DNA of 64,000 nucleotides. Source: Iphione sp. A-MEVVRFRX5 (taxonomy: Eukaryota). The stretch lies in the NCBI GenBank assembly GCA_976226885.1, contig OZ320321.1, positions 35,836,001 through 35,900,000 of the forward strand, written 5' to 3'. Under the pieces are notes generated by a model. It ran no database searches, was not told the origin of the DNA, and was given only the letters and a program-made list of their open reading frames with translations. Below, piece after piece: positions 25,320-36,790 of this stretch. Every line of letters begins with the position of its first letter. The first letter of the stretch is position 1. The position numbers were made by a program, and so were the translations under genes.

Positions 25320-27350
25320 GACCAAAGAAACATCAGCAACAAAGTCAAGCAAACATCCAGACAATGGGCATATAATCACTGGCTGGAGCTATGCCAAAGC
25401 ATCCAAACAGCAATTGACACAGGAAATATCCACAACATGTATGATGGCATAAAAAGGCTTTTGGACCAAGAAAAGCAAAACCTGCCCCTTGAAAACACTC
25501 ACTGGAGAGGCAATATATGACAATCAAATCAACTAAACTGCTGGTGGAACATTATTCTAAACTGTGCCAATGTGAGAACCAGGTAGTTGAATATGTACTC
25601 CATTTGATTGTTGAATTCCCCATGATGCATGAACTTGATGATCTTCTAACAGTAGACGTTTCAAAAGTAGTTGACAAAAGACAAATCAGCAGGACAAGAT
25701 AGAATACCACCAGAAATCTTTAAATGTGCTAAAACAACACTGCTAGCACTACTACACAAACTCCTCTACCAATGCTGGAATAATGGAGATGTACCAAAAA
25801 ACATGCATAATATCAACATCATCACACATTAGAAAAACAAGGGAGACCACAGTGACTGCAACAGCTACTACAGCATTTCTCTTAACTTATGATATCACTG
25901 GAAAGCTCTTTGCAAAATTTAGGCTATCAAGATTCCGAAAGCTAATGGAGACAGTATCCCAAAAGTCACAGTGTGGTTTTCATCCCAGAATATCTACTGT
26001 TGACATGGTATTCTCCATCAAACAACTACAAGAAAAATGCAAGGAACAACCAAAACCACTCTACACAGCCACATAGGACTAACAAAGGCCTTTGGTCTAG
26101 CATGTAGAGAAGGACTATTCAAAATACTTAAGAGAATAAGCTGCCCACCAAAGCTACTCAACATCACTAGGTCCTTTTACACCAACATGATGGGTACAGT
26201 GCAATATGACAGCTTCCTCCCTGACCCCTTTGCAATAAATAGTGGGATAAAAAAAAGGCTGTATTCTTACCCCAACACCTTTTGGCATATTCTTCTCCCT
26301 TCTATTCCAACATACCTGTATCAACTTGACAGAAGGTGTCTATTTCCACCTAAGATCAGATAGAAGCCTGTTAAACCTCAGTTGACTAAAGGCCAAGACC
26401 AAGATATGGAGAATCCTAGTGAGGGACATGCTGTTTGCAGATGAAGCTGTCCTTGTTACCCACAATAAGGAAGAACAAAAACTCATCAAAGATTTCACTA
26501 GAACAAATAGGCTTACCATTAGCTTGAAAAAGACCAATGTTCTGAGCACAATCAACAACCCAATCCCAAAAATTAAAATTGAGAACTACATACTAGACGG
26601 TAAGCATGACATTACATATCTTAGATCCATAATTACCCTGGGCAACAAACTAAACAGACAGCTAAAGCAGCAGGAACCCTAGTGGGACTCAAAATCAGAA
26701 TATGGCCATGTATGAACAATAAAATCAGTGTTTACAATGCCTGCATACCAAGTTCACTCTTCTGTGGTAGCAAAACCTGGACAACATACTCTTATCAGGA
26801 ATGTAAACCAAAGACCTTCCACATGCACTGCTTAAGAAAGATACCTGGCATTTCCTGGCATGACAAGATCACAAACCAGAAAGTTATCACAGGAACAAAG
26901 TCATCTAGTATGCATTCTGCATTCTGAAGAAGTGTAGGCTTTGATGGCTTAGCTACATTCAGAGAATGGATCACCACAGAATTCCCAAGATCATCCTGTA
27001 TGGTGAAGTAGCCTCAGGAAACAGACCAGTACACTGGCTGAAATATTGCTTCAAAGACCTAGTGAAGAACAATCTGAGGGCCTTCAACTTGATTCCCTAA
27101 ATATAGCAAGACCTGGCAAATGACCACACCAAGTGGAGATCAGTTCTGCACAAACGGGCCATGACACTGGAATCTAACTTAAAACAACAGGGAGAAGGAA
27201 AGAGGTCACAAAGAAAGAGCCAAGTTGTGATCTGATACATGGACATACGTGTGCAATGTGTGGCAGGTCATGCTTATCTAAAATAGGCCTGTACTGCCAT
27301 ACAAAAAATGTGCAAATCCATAGTCAACAAGACCAAAGGAAGCCAAAAAC
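25320..27350 (+). mobile_element. RTE-clade LINE, 5'-truncated and frameshifted
   Basis: Fragments QCGFHPRISTVDMVFSIKQLQEKCKEQ, LTKAF...REGLFKILKRISCPPKLL, RDMLFADEAVLV, CGSKTWTTY...FHMHCLRKIPGISWHDKITN are RTE/BovB-type RT motifs; the 3' end ...ATAGTC..AGAC..AAGGAAGCC is RTE-like. Confidence 0.9.
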
Positions 27351-28429
27351 AGTCATGTGAATAGCCTAATTCTTTTCTATTTCTTTCTTAGATGTTAACA
27401 TTCATAGGGCGGCTAAGTAGGTCACGAGAATGTCCGCGATTTCGGAGGTCAGGGACACCCTATTATCACTCACCAGGAGCTGGCAGTGTAGACGAGTTAT
27501 GTGCATTGAGAAAATCATTCTTTATTAATAAACTAAGAGGACTTCAGACAAATCCTTAGGCACATTAATAGAATAGATATGCATGCACAATATGTGCTAT
27601 ATTATTTTCCCCTAGTATGTGCAGATATTATCTAATGGCTGTAAACATTGGTGGACACTGTAGTGAAGTTTTCATTTGCAGAATTCCATTTATGACATAA
27701 TACATTTTGCTTGTTAAGGCAATAGTGTTGAAAGATATGCTTTACATTTTCATAAAGCCAATGAAATTTTCTTTCAGGTGATAGTAAATTTGTGTAAATC
27801 AGATAAGCAGGTCTCTCACAATCTTTAAGAGAAAACTGAATTTAGTGATAGGATAAATGATGGGTAGTAGGTTGACTCAGCTGCCAACTGACTCGGCCAT
27901 TGACCAAGTTAGCCACTGATTCCTCCATAAAATAATTACACTTACATGGGGAACATCTATATAGATGCTCCATTGAAGTTAAATAACTATGACTATGGTC
28001 AGTGCTATGGATTTTGGCAGCCAAGTCTGTCCATCTGCTACCACGAAGAAAATCAAAGATAGAGTGGCCTGTGGGTGCAGGACGTTTCTCTTGTTGGTGG
28101 CCAAATCTGTTGGTGGCCAACATTGTTGTTAGTGAGGCAGACGTGTCAGACGGTGTGTGGCAATTTTGAGTGAGTCAGGCTTAAAGGAACCACATAGTAA
28201 GTTCAGAAAAGCTGAAGGAATATAAAACTATAGGACGACAAAACTATGGTGATAGTCATATGATACAGATCTATGGAATTTAGTAGTTTTGAGGAAAAAA
28301 CAATGAAAATATAGCAATACAGTGACCCCTCAGTATTCCGTCACCTCACTATACCAGGCATGATTGTCAAGAACAGACTGGCATAAAATCAGGTATGGAA
28401 GGGAGACCCTCACCTAACAACACCTAACC

Positions 28430-28822
28430 TTGGCCACTCTTCCTGTCATCCTAGACATCCCCACACCTCGTCAGATGCTCCCTCCTGCGTTTGTCACCCT
28501 TAGATGTCTCCACACATCCTCAGATGTTTCCTGGAGCCTTGGCCACCCTCCTGTTGCTCTCAGATGTCTCCACACTTCGTCTAGCCTCCCCTCCAGCCTT
28601 GGCCACCTACCTGTCACCCTTAGATGTGTCCACACCTCATCAGGCCACCCCTCCAGCCTTGGCCACCCACCTGTCACCCTTAGATGTCTCCACACCTCAT
28701 TAGAGGTTCCCTTTAGCCTTGGACGTCCTCCTGTCGCCCTTATATCTCCCCAACCTCTTCAGGTCTCCCCTCCAGCCTTGGCCATCCCCCTGTCACCCTT
28801 AGATGTCTCCACACCTCATCAG
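28430..28822. repeat. 60-bp minisatellite, about 6.5 copies
   Basis: (T/C)AGATGT(C/G)TCCACAC-like marker recurs near 28501, 28561, 28621, 28681, 28741 and 28800. Confidence 0.9.
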
Positions 28823-28985
28823 AGGTGTTTGCCAAAATATTATCATTTTTAGGCAGGTTGACAGGTCAAACCCTTCAGTATCACAACACCTCACTATTAC
28901 ATGGTAGATAAGGTACAAGTACCGAGGATTACTGGTTATAAAGACCGAGGCTTAATCCAAGGTACAGGTACCTTATCTGGTTTAA

Positions 28986-29201
28986 ACCACCCCACCCTCA
29001 ATTGTGCGATTTGCCGACTCAGTCAAGAGGGTTGAGTCCAGCGAGGCGAAGCCGAGATGGCTGTCAAGAGCAATCAGTCAAGAATAGGTCCACCGAGGTG
29101 GTAGCCGAGGTGTGAAGTTGAAAACAACAACCAGTGAAGAAGGTTTCCGTCATTGAAATGTCACTAATACCATCCCTACTCTAGACACACACACACACAC
29201 A

Positions 29202-29232
<31 letters not shown>

Positions 29233-29667
29233 TCACGGCCATCAGGTCAGTCCAGAAGGTTTGATTGATTGTTAGAGAGAGAGGGAGAAAGAGACTCAGG
29301 TGAGGAGAAGCCCAGACGGTTGTGCCTTGTAACCCTCCCCCCCCCCATTCCAAGTCTAGTTTTCAGTTGGTGAGGTACAAGTGGTCAGTCTGTGACGTCA
29401 CTGTGTCCTAGGCAATGAAGGCCAATTAGACCACCGTCAATGGACAGACCTTTGTGCAGCCTCAGTGGCGCAGTGGATAAGAGCTCTGGGTATATAGACA
29501 GAATACGGGCAGACCTGGGTTCGAATCCCCAACCAAGGCTTGACATATTTCGTCAGCTACACACAACACCACAACCCTTCCTATAACAGAGAACAAACAT
29601 GATTACTGGATATAATGGACTCGGGGGGATGGTAGGAACATAGAGAGAAACGGGTGGCAGGGGTGGT
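28986..29667. mobile_element. TTAA-flanked non-autonomous element carrying a SINE
   Basis: TTAA|ACCACCCC ... GGGGTGGT|TTAA; the right-end sequence recurs at about 62845-62920. Confidence 0.5.
29456..29556 (+). mobile_element. tRNA-derived SINE head
   Basis: Pol III A-box TGGCGCAGTGG and B-box GGTTCGAATCC; shares its 5' end GCAGCCTC.GTGGCGCA.TGGATA.GAGC with the copy at 55062-55258; no clean tRNA cloverleaf. Confidence 0.7.
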
Positions 29668-29810
29668 TTAAAGGCATAAACACTTGGTACCAAGAGGTGT
29701 CATTATAGTGAGGTTTTACTGTACATACTGGTAACCAGACAGCAAGAGAGGTCGTACAACTGTCAAGTGGATTACATAACAGGAGTGTGTGTAGTCACTG
29801 AGCCATAACA

Positions 29811-31140
29811 ATGTCAACCTATGTTAGGCCACAACAAAAAGCAATACAAGAGGAACTAGGGGACGATAAAAAAAAGAAAATATCAGAGTCATTGACAACC
29901 TCCAGTTATCTAAGTCCACACCAAGGAGCAAATCCAAAGAAGACTAACATCGAGGGGACATTGGATGAACGAATTGACAAATCAACAAATTTAATGGAAA
30001 CAACACTCCACGAGAGTAGAACTGGTGTTCAGTCGATAAGACAAGGTATTAGAAACCTATATGACTGCTTAAAAGAGTCAGGAGGAAAGGTTGACATTGT
30101 TGGGCTCCACCCTCGGCGGAGTCCGGTTGCATTACCAGAGTTCAAGTTGGGGGCTCCACCTGGAGTTACAGTTTGTGTATAAATATAGGGCCGGGCAGAG
30201 CTTCGTTGCCATTAGTGTCTTTCATCTTTAGAAATAAACTTCAGTTACTCAGCTAGTTATGTCTCTTCAATCGGGGCATACAATATGCACGGCCAGAACA
30301 TTATCTCATTGGCGGAAGGACTGGTCCGAAAGATACAGGAGACAAACATTTTAGAAGCAAAAAATCAGTGTCTAGAGGAGGAACTTTTAGATCAATACGT
30401 GGTAAAGGTGTTACTATATGCAGATGTACTGATAAAATCTCTAAAACTGAAGAAATACCGAACAATGGGTCACTATAGCTTTGATAAATTGAGAGAAACA
30501 TTAACAACGAGAACTGGTCTTTTATTTTTAGAGAATCTGAAGCATTGGAATGTAAACGGAATTACTTTGAAGTGAAACTGGAAAAAATCTTAAATCGAAT
30601 CTGCCCACTGAGAGAAACTAGAAGAGGTAAAAAGATGAATGCTTGGTTTGATGAAGATTGTAAAACTCAAATAAGGATAAGGAAAACAATGTATTAGACT
30701 TATTGTAAGTTGAAGAAACTGTCAGACCTATTAAGGGAAGCAAAAAACCAATCGAGAAGGGCCAGAAAAATAATTACTATGAAAAAGAGAGAATATACCA
30801 TGAAGGAAATGGAGCAACAGCAATGAGATGTCCAGAAATGAAAGAGGAAATAATTGGTGACAAGACAACTATTTATATACAATTATATGTAGATCAAGAC
30901 AAACGACCAGTAGAGGAATCAGATGTCGCAGATACAATAAATGACTTTTTTTTATTAATGTTGGACCAAATATATTGAAACAACTTGGAGAGGTAATCAT
31001 ACCTCAAGGGATAGAACACATGGATAAATTTCATTTTAACTTAATAACAGAAAAACAGTTAATGCAAATAGCAACAAGCTTATCTGAAGCTAAACCAAAT
31101 GGCTGGTTAGGAGTAAATATGAAATGTGTAAGGACATAAT
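29811..31140 (+). mobile_element. Decayed, internally deleted CR1/L2-group LINE (ORF1-like part and ORF2 linker)
   Basis: ORF 29811-30182 ends in KVDIVGLHPRR, like the esterase-type ORF1 motif; downstream frames give AWFDEDCK and INDFF.NVGPN, typical of the endonuclease-RT linker. Confidence 0.55.
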
Positions 31141-31440
31141 TAAGATTACGAAAAAAAAATATCGCATTCAGTGAAAGAGACGGGGAAGTATAGAGAGAGG
31201 AGAGAGAGAGATAGGGAAAAAGAGAGATAAAATCTAAACTTATGTGACTCTTTGGATCAAGGGTAAATCTATGTATCTTTTATGTATCTTTACAATGGAT
31301 TCATATGATGTCATTAAAATATGCATTTAACTGGGCTTGACAACTCTTTGTTTGCACCTTAATCGCCACAAATGCCGCAAGAATTCTCCGCGACTGGGCA
31401 CGTTTTCGGCCACAGACGGGCAGCAAATGCAGCTATAGAT

Positions 31441-31499
31441 ACATGCTGTAGCTCATTGGAAAGCTCTCAACAAGAGCTTTCCAACGAGCTACAGCATGT
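31441..31499. repeat. Near-perfect palindrome (27-bp arms)
   Basis: ACATGCTGTAGCTC(A)TTGGAAAGCTCT-CAACA-AGAGCTTTCCAA(C)GAGCTACAGCATGT. Confidence 0.9.
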
Positions 31500-33540
31500 C
31501 TTGATAGCGTAATTAAGGGCTGTAGTAGCAATGATTTTTCGATGCACACACAGTGTCAGCACTGGCTGCTGCTGGTGGGTGATAATTGGGTGTCCCAGGC
31601 CTCTAACTAGGTTACGAGACTTACCGGCCCTATTACTGCATTGCATTTCCATCACTGCATTACATTACATGTATGAATGTGTGTACATGCATTGTTCCTT
31701 ATCAAGCACTGCCTGTTAATTTCACATTACACAAAATGATATACATGGAAGTGCATGAGTAAATATCACAGATTGCATGTTACCATGTAGCGCAGATTAG
31801 AATATCTGTGATATATGTTAGATCATGCTAAAAAGTACCGAATTTGCATCTTCTGCACATTTCCACACATTTCTGTATATCAACTGGTCAAATCTGCTGC
31901 TAATCAGTATTTTGCTCATCAAATTAGGCACTTATCCATAATTTATTTGTCAAAGTTGCTACAAATTGGCATTTTACTGCTCAAATGCAGAGAAATGCAA
32001 TGCAATGCTAATGCGATCAGAGGACAGAACCTTGCTTGTATCCTTCAATATGATGTGAGAAAATGCAACACACATGCAATGGCATGCACACACATGCACA
32101 CGCATGCACATGTAGGTATAGAAGGTTTTTCATACATCCTAATGTGGAATCTCTATTCCGGGTCTCCGAGATAATCTCCTATGAGCAGTATACATGTATA
32201 TGCTATTTTACAACAGCCAGGACGTAAATTTTGAACAAGCAGGTACAGTGTTGTGGCCGGAAGCCCATCGTCAGCCCCTCTGCCGATCCTCCCAGCGCGA
32301 CTGTGAGATGCGCGACGTCGTCTTTGAGAAGCGATAATGAGCCGCACCGCCGCCGCCGCCGCAACCACCACCACAACCACCACCACTACTATTACAGACC
32401 AGTATGTCGACCTGGTGTCGAACAGATGAATTACAGCCAGGACTTTGGACCTCGTGTTGGCAAGCAATCAACCACCAACAAAAATTGATTATAAAATTGA
32501 TTAGGACAAACCCGTAGTGTAAAGTCATCATTAAGTTAATAAGATAGACAATGCTGGCCTGCATTCTTATGTACAGATTAAGCCCCAGCCCATTCTACGA
32601 ATGAACAATAGCAAACAATCTTTAAATAAGGAAAACACTTGAATCTACTCTTGGAGTGAGAAAGATGACAGAGGCGATGGTTTAGATTTAGAGTTTTATT
32701 GTAATGTTCAGGTAAATAGCAACGTGCCAAAGGTAAAAAGGGAGTAATGCGTCCGTATGCCACCAGATGAAATCAATAGCCACAGCCACCTGGTGTCAAA
32801 CAGATGAATTACAGCCAGGCTACATTGTGTCATCAAATTAATTCAAGGACGGGGCAACAATACTTGTTTTTGAACACCTAATATGTGATTCCTCATTTCA
32901 GTGTTCGATTTAAATTTTAGCGGAGAAATCTCAGCATCAAATGGTTTAGAAAGTTTTGAACCAGATCCAACACAGAGGTAACAGTAACTGAGCGGTATAT
33001 ATTGCTTCGGGTCTATAGCCGGTACTGTGGCCAACTAAATGGGTACGTTAAATCAAATTTTATTTTAATCATACATCCTTAATGGCCATCTGATTTCTTG
33101 GGAAAAAGTTGATTTTTCACTTTTATAGTATTTTGGTTTGTGAGGAACATTGAAAAGGGTTTATGTTTTCTGATCAAACAGTTCCTATCTGTTATTACTG
33201 GGATCAATCTATCACCCTAAAAATTGTGATATTGATATGTGAATTAAATCAGTCAAACCCACTGCCCTCTACGCTTTGCATGCTGGGACATAGGTTAATA
33301 TGGCTATCAGCGACACTTCTATACTTCCTTCGATTATTACCCTCCCTCTTTTAAAACGGCTGCCGGAAATGGACTGAAAGTAGATCGGTCAAGCAGTTCC
33401 TTCCCTTTGTAAAACAAACTATGTTATTACTATATATTTGTCATTCAGAGAGGCCTCTTTCACAGAGATTTGCACTACAAAACTATTAAACATTATTAAA
33501 ATGCTGTAATAAAAAAAAAGAATTTGGAACAGGGGCACTA

Positions 33541-33603
33541 TTTTGGTGGGTAGGCGCAGTGATATCATCCTACTCACACATGTGGGTCACCCACTTCGAG
33601 TGG

Positions 33604-33645
<42 letters not shown>

Positions 33646-33679
33646 CAATGTCCCCATGTCTGCTGGAGCACTGTCTCTC

Positions 33680-33741
<62 letters not shown>

Positions 33742-33803
33742 GTCTGTATCAGCTACCAGTGCAAGCGCCGAAGGCGCTTGTAAGCAACATGCCAACACTC
33801 TAG
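33541..33803 (+). mobile_element. Non-autonomous Helitron/Helentron-like element with microsatellites
   Basis: (GA)n, (TCTG)n and (TC)n tracts, then hairpin CAAGCGCC-GAA-GGCGCTTG (33762-33780) and CTAG at 33800-33803. Confidence 0.5.
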
Positions 33804-34419
33804 AACCGGAAGTTAGTTAGTAAAAATACTTTTCATGGGTAGACAAATTTATTCATTCATAGCCTGGCAAAAATACCAAAATAGTGGAAAGGTCATCGAT
33901 CCACAAATATTGGAAGACTTTTTCATACATTTTTGTAAATCCCGTATGGAAATAAATACACACTAATATACAGAAATACAAGAATTATATATAAAGTTGT
34001 GATACTACATACATATGAAGTGCCTTATTCTTGCAATATTTCGACGAAGAAAACACCCGTCAGCTATTTAATATAAAGAAGGGTCGAAACTGTTGTGATA
34101 GAGGAAATATATTACCCGCAAGCAAAGAATTTCCAAGTGCACAATGTCAGAGACTTATGCATATCAGCTACAAATGCCTTAACAAGCATGTTATTTGGGG
34201 GCATGGAAATCGATCTTGATGATGCATTCACCAATGGTTGGCACTTTAGTAGGTATTACTAAGACGGTCAATGAACCTCGCTTCTACTTTCATAGAAGAG
34301 CAGTATAAAGAAAGAAGTCAATTGGAAGAGTATAGAAGAGATGGGTACGTACTGACAATTTTCAGAAGTAAAAATTGTTCTTTTCATTAAGAAAATTATG
34401 ACCAGAACATGTCTTTGAA

Positions 34420-34975
34420 CTATTGTACAACTTTCAAATCAATGTAGTGCCGACTGAGTAACATGTAGTAAAAACGTAAATACTTCTGGTGCTGTTGTAC
34501 ATCCTTCAAATCAATGTAGCGCTGACTGTGTAACTTGTAGTAAGGCGGTGATCACATGCATCCATAGAAAAAACACATCTACGGGTCCAGAGGCGTGAAA
34601 TATCTCTTGCGGAGTGTAAAATAAGGACTTCCATACATATAAGAGATATATCCTCACCATTCCTTAATATTGAAAATGGATCCGTTTCCGTATAAAATCC
34701 ATCGCAGACGAAAACGTCTATGCATCCGTTTTTTAAAATGGATGCATATAAAGTCTCTTTATGATTGCTTTTGTATGGGTATTTTTCTACAGATACAGAT
34801 CCGTTTGCATAGAGGAAAACGGATACATGTGCACGCTGCCTAAAAGTAAATACTATCTGGTGCTGTTACACAACCTTCAAGTCAAGGTAGTGACGACTGA
34901 GTAAAATGTAGGGAAAAAGTAAAATTTCTTCTGGTGCTGTTGTACAACTTTCACGTCAGCCTAGCCCCGACTGAG
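34420..34975. repeat. About 72-bp tandem repeat array interrupted by a MITE
   Basis: Unit TTGTACAACTTTCAAATCAATGTAGTGCCGACTGAGTAACATGTAGTAAAAACGTAAATACTTCTGGTGCTG has diverged copies on both sides of 34544-34840. Confidence 0.75.
34544..34840. mobile_element. PIF/Harbinger-type MITE
   Basis: TAA TSD on both sides (34541-43, 34841-43); TIRs GGCGGTGATCACATGCATCC / GGATACATGTGCACGCTGCC. Confidence 0.8.
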
Positions 34976-36627
34976 TATCATGGGCTGAATATTAGATAAA
35001 ATGTCCAAATTGAATTATTTGTTGACTTCTTCTGCCTTGCCGAATATAAAGAAGAAAGAGGAAAAAACTAGAATTAAAGGAAAAACCTGGTTAGGAAAAA
35101 GTAATGTTGAAGAAAGTTAGAAAGAGCAACGAAATAGACCTAAGGAGAAACATGGTTAGGAAGAGATAGAATTAAAGGAAGGATTTGGTTACGAAAGAAA
35201 AGATAAAAGAAGGTTAAGAAATATTCAATTAAAACTCGGGCAAGAAACATTTCCAGTCAACCTAATGGGCGCAATGTATCCGTAGCCAACGATTGATTTT
35301 GGTCCAGTACTTACCTTGTGGTTGTTGGTTGTTAAGGAGCCACTGGTTGAGGTCCTCTACATACTGGTCATAGTGACCCAAAAAATTGGCCGCTGTCTCC
35401 CACAGCTGGCGAGCAGGATGAGCAGGCCTTATGCTGCATGCTGAAAGGAAAAAAGCAAATTATTTGATAAACCTTAACGTATATCTTTGTAGACTAATTT
35501 CAACAAGAACAGCATGTGTGCCAGTGAATAGAATTATGAAGGCACAATTAAAATAAACATTCCCACTTGTACTCACCAATATTGTAGTGCCATTGCCATG
35601 TGTGTCATGTAGAACTGGACTGTGCCCTGGCTCAAGCTGGGTCAAGCATGATCAGATGCCCTATGTACCCTTGCATGCAGGACGTTATACTCCAGATCTT
35701 GGGATTGATCCTGAAGTGTTCTATTTCTAAAACTGTACGCATTCATTAAACATACAGGTACAACAGGAAAAATACCGGTAAAGCAGGAGGAAGTCATTGT
35801 TCTACTAAAGAGCACAGGTACCAGAACTGTACAACTGGAATTGTAATGTGCTTATGAATTTATATGTCCAACAGGAACATTTTACCTTAAAATAATTGGA
35901 TATAGATACTACCACCCTACATATATTCTTGTCTGACAGCAGCAAACATCAACCAGACTAGGTAGCAAATGATGGCATAAAAAGCATTGGCAAGCATACA
36001 CACATGTAGTTATAGTCAGAACTACATGTGAGAGGCATTGACCAGCACAAAGCATGAATGTAGCTAGCAGTATACAATGTTAAAAAAACAGCAACTGAAA
36101 TGTAGCCATTGACACCTACCTGGCTCTCTCTTTGCAATGGACTGTGTATGCAGGACTAGCTAAGTTTGACAGTAGAAAAGGACACTTCAGCATCAAAATG
36201 ACACCTAAAAGGAAGCTGATACTCATGCAAAGGTTATTCAACTACTGCTACGCTCACTTATAAACAGTGCTACATACAAGACATGAGTGAAATCTACACT
36301 GAAAATGCATATGATCACAAAATGGCATGAGAAAATACACAGCATCTCCATACCTCAAAAAAAGCTGACCCAGAACTGGAAAAGTTCAACCTTTGCATTT
36401 TTGGACAACTTGAAATATCCTGATAACTTGGATCGTCCAGACAACTTTCATCATCCACAGGGTGACAGTCAGTCTGACAAAAACATATGCGACATACACC
36501 TGCCTAGGTGGATGAAAAACTCGTATACAAAATAACCTGTTTGCACAGGGCAAGTTATCACGTATTAGCAGTACAAATACAGTAAATATCAAGGGTGAAC
36601 AGAGTTGAAAACAATGTTTGGACTCAC

Positions 36628-36790
36628 CTGTAGCCATGATGCCCACCTCCTCCATTATGTCCTGCCAAGCTTGAGTCACCTTGATGATATCCTTGCACTT
36701 TTACCATGACTGATTGAACAGACAGGGACACTTTTTGACTGTTTTCATCAAAGCATTAATGTCCTTATCCCTCTGATAAGGGTTCAGCTG
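36628..36790 (-). pseudogene. MADF (Myb/SANT-like) domain relic with an in-frame stop
   Basis: LMKTVKKCPCLFNQSW*KCKDIIKVTQAWQDIMEEVG fits the MADF pattern L...V...PCL......YKD......AW..I..E.G; ends at a G|GTGAGT donor. Confidence 0.55.

Noticed and set aside
29456-29556. Functional tRNA genes here and at 55062-55258 and 52795-52900
   Set aside because: A and B boxes are present but there is no consistent acceptor or anticodon stem; shared non-tRNA tails indicate SINEs
32153-32564. ORFs with poly-Val/Ala/His/Arg runs
   Set aside because: Caused by a CGC/CAC trinucleotide microsatellite
33543-33803. ORFs with ERERER/LSLSLS runs
   Set aside because: Dinucleotide and tetranucleotide microsatellite translations
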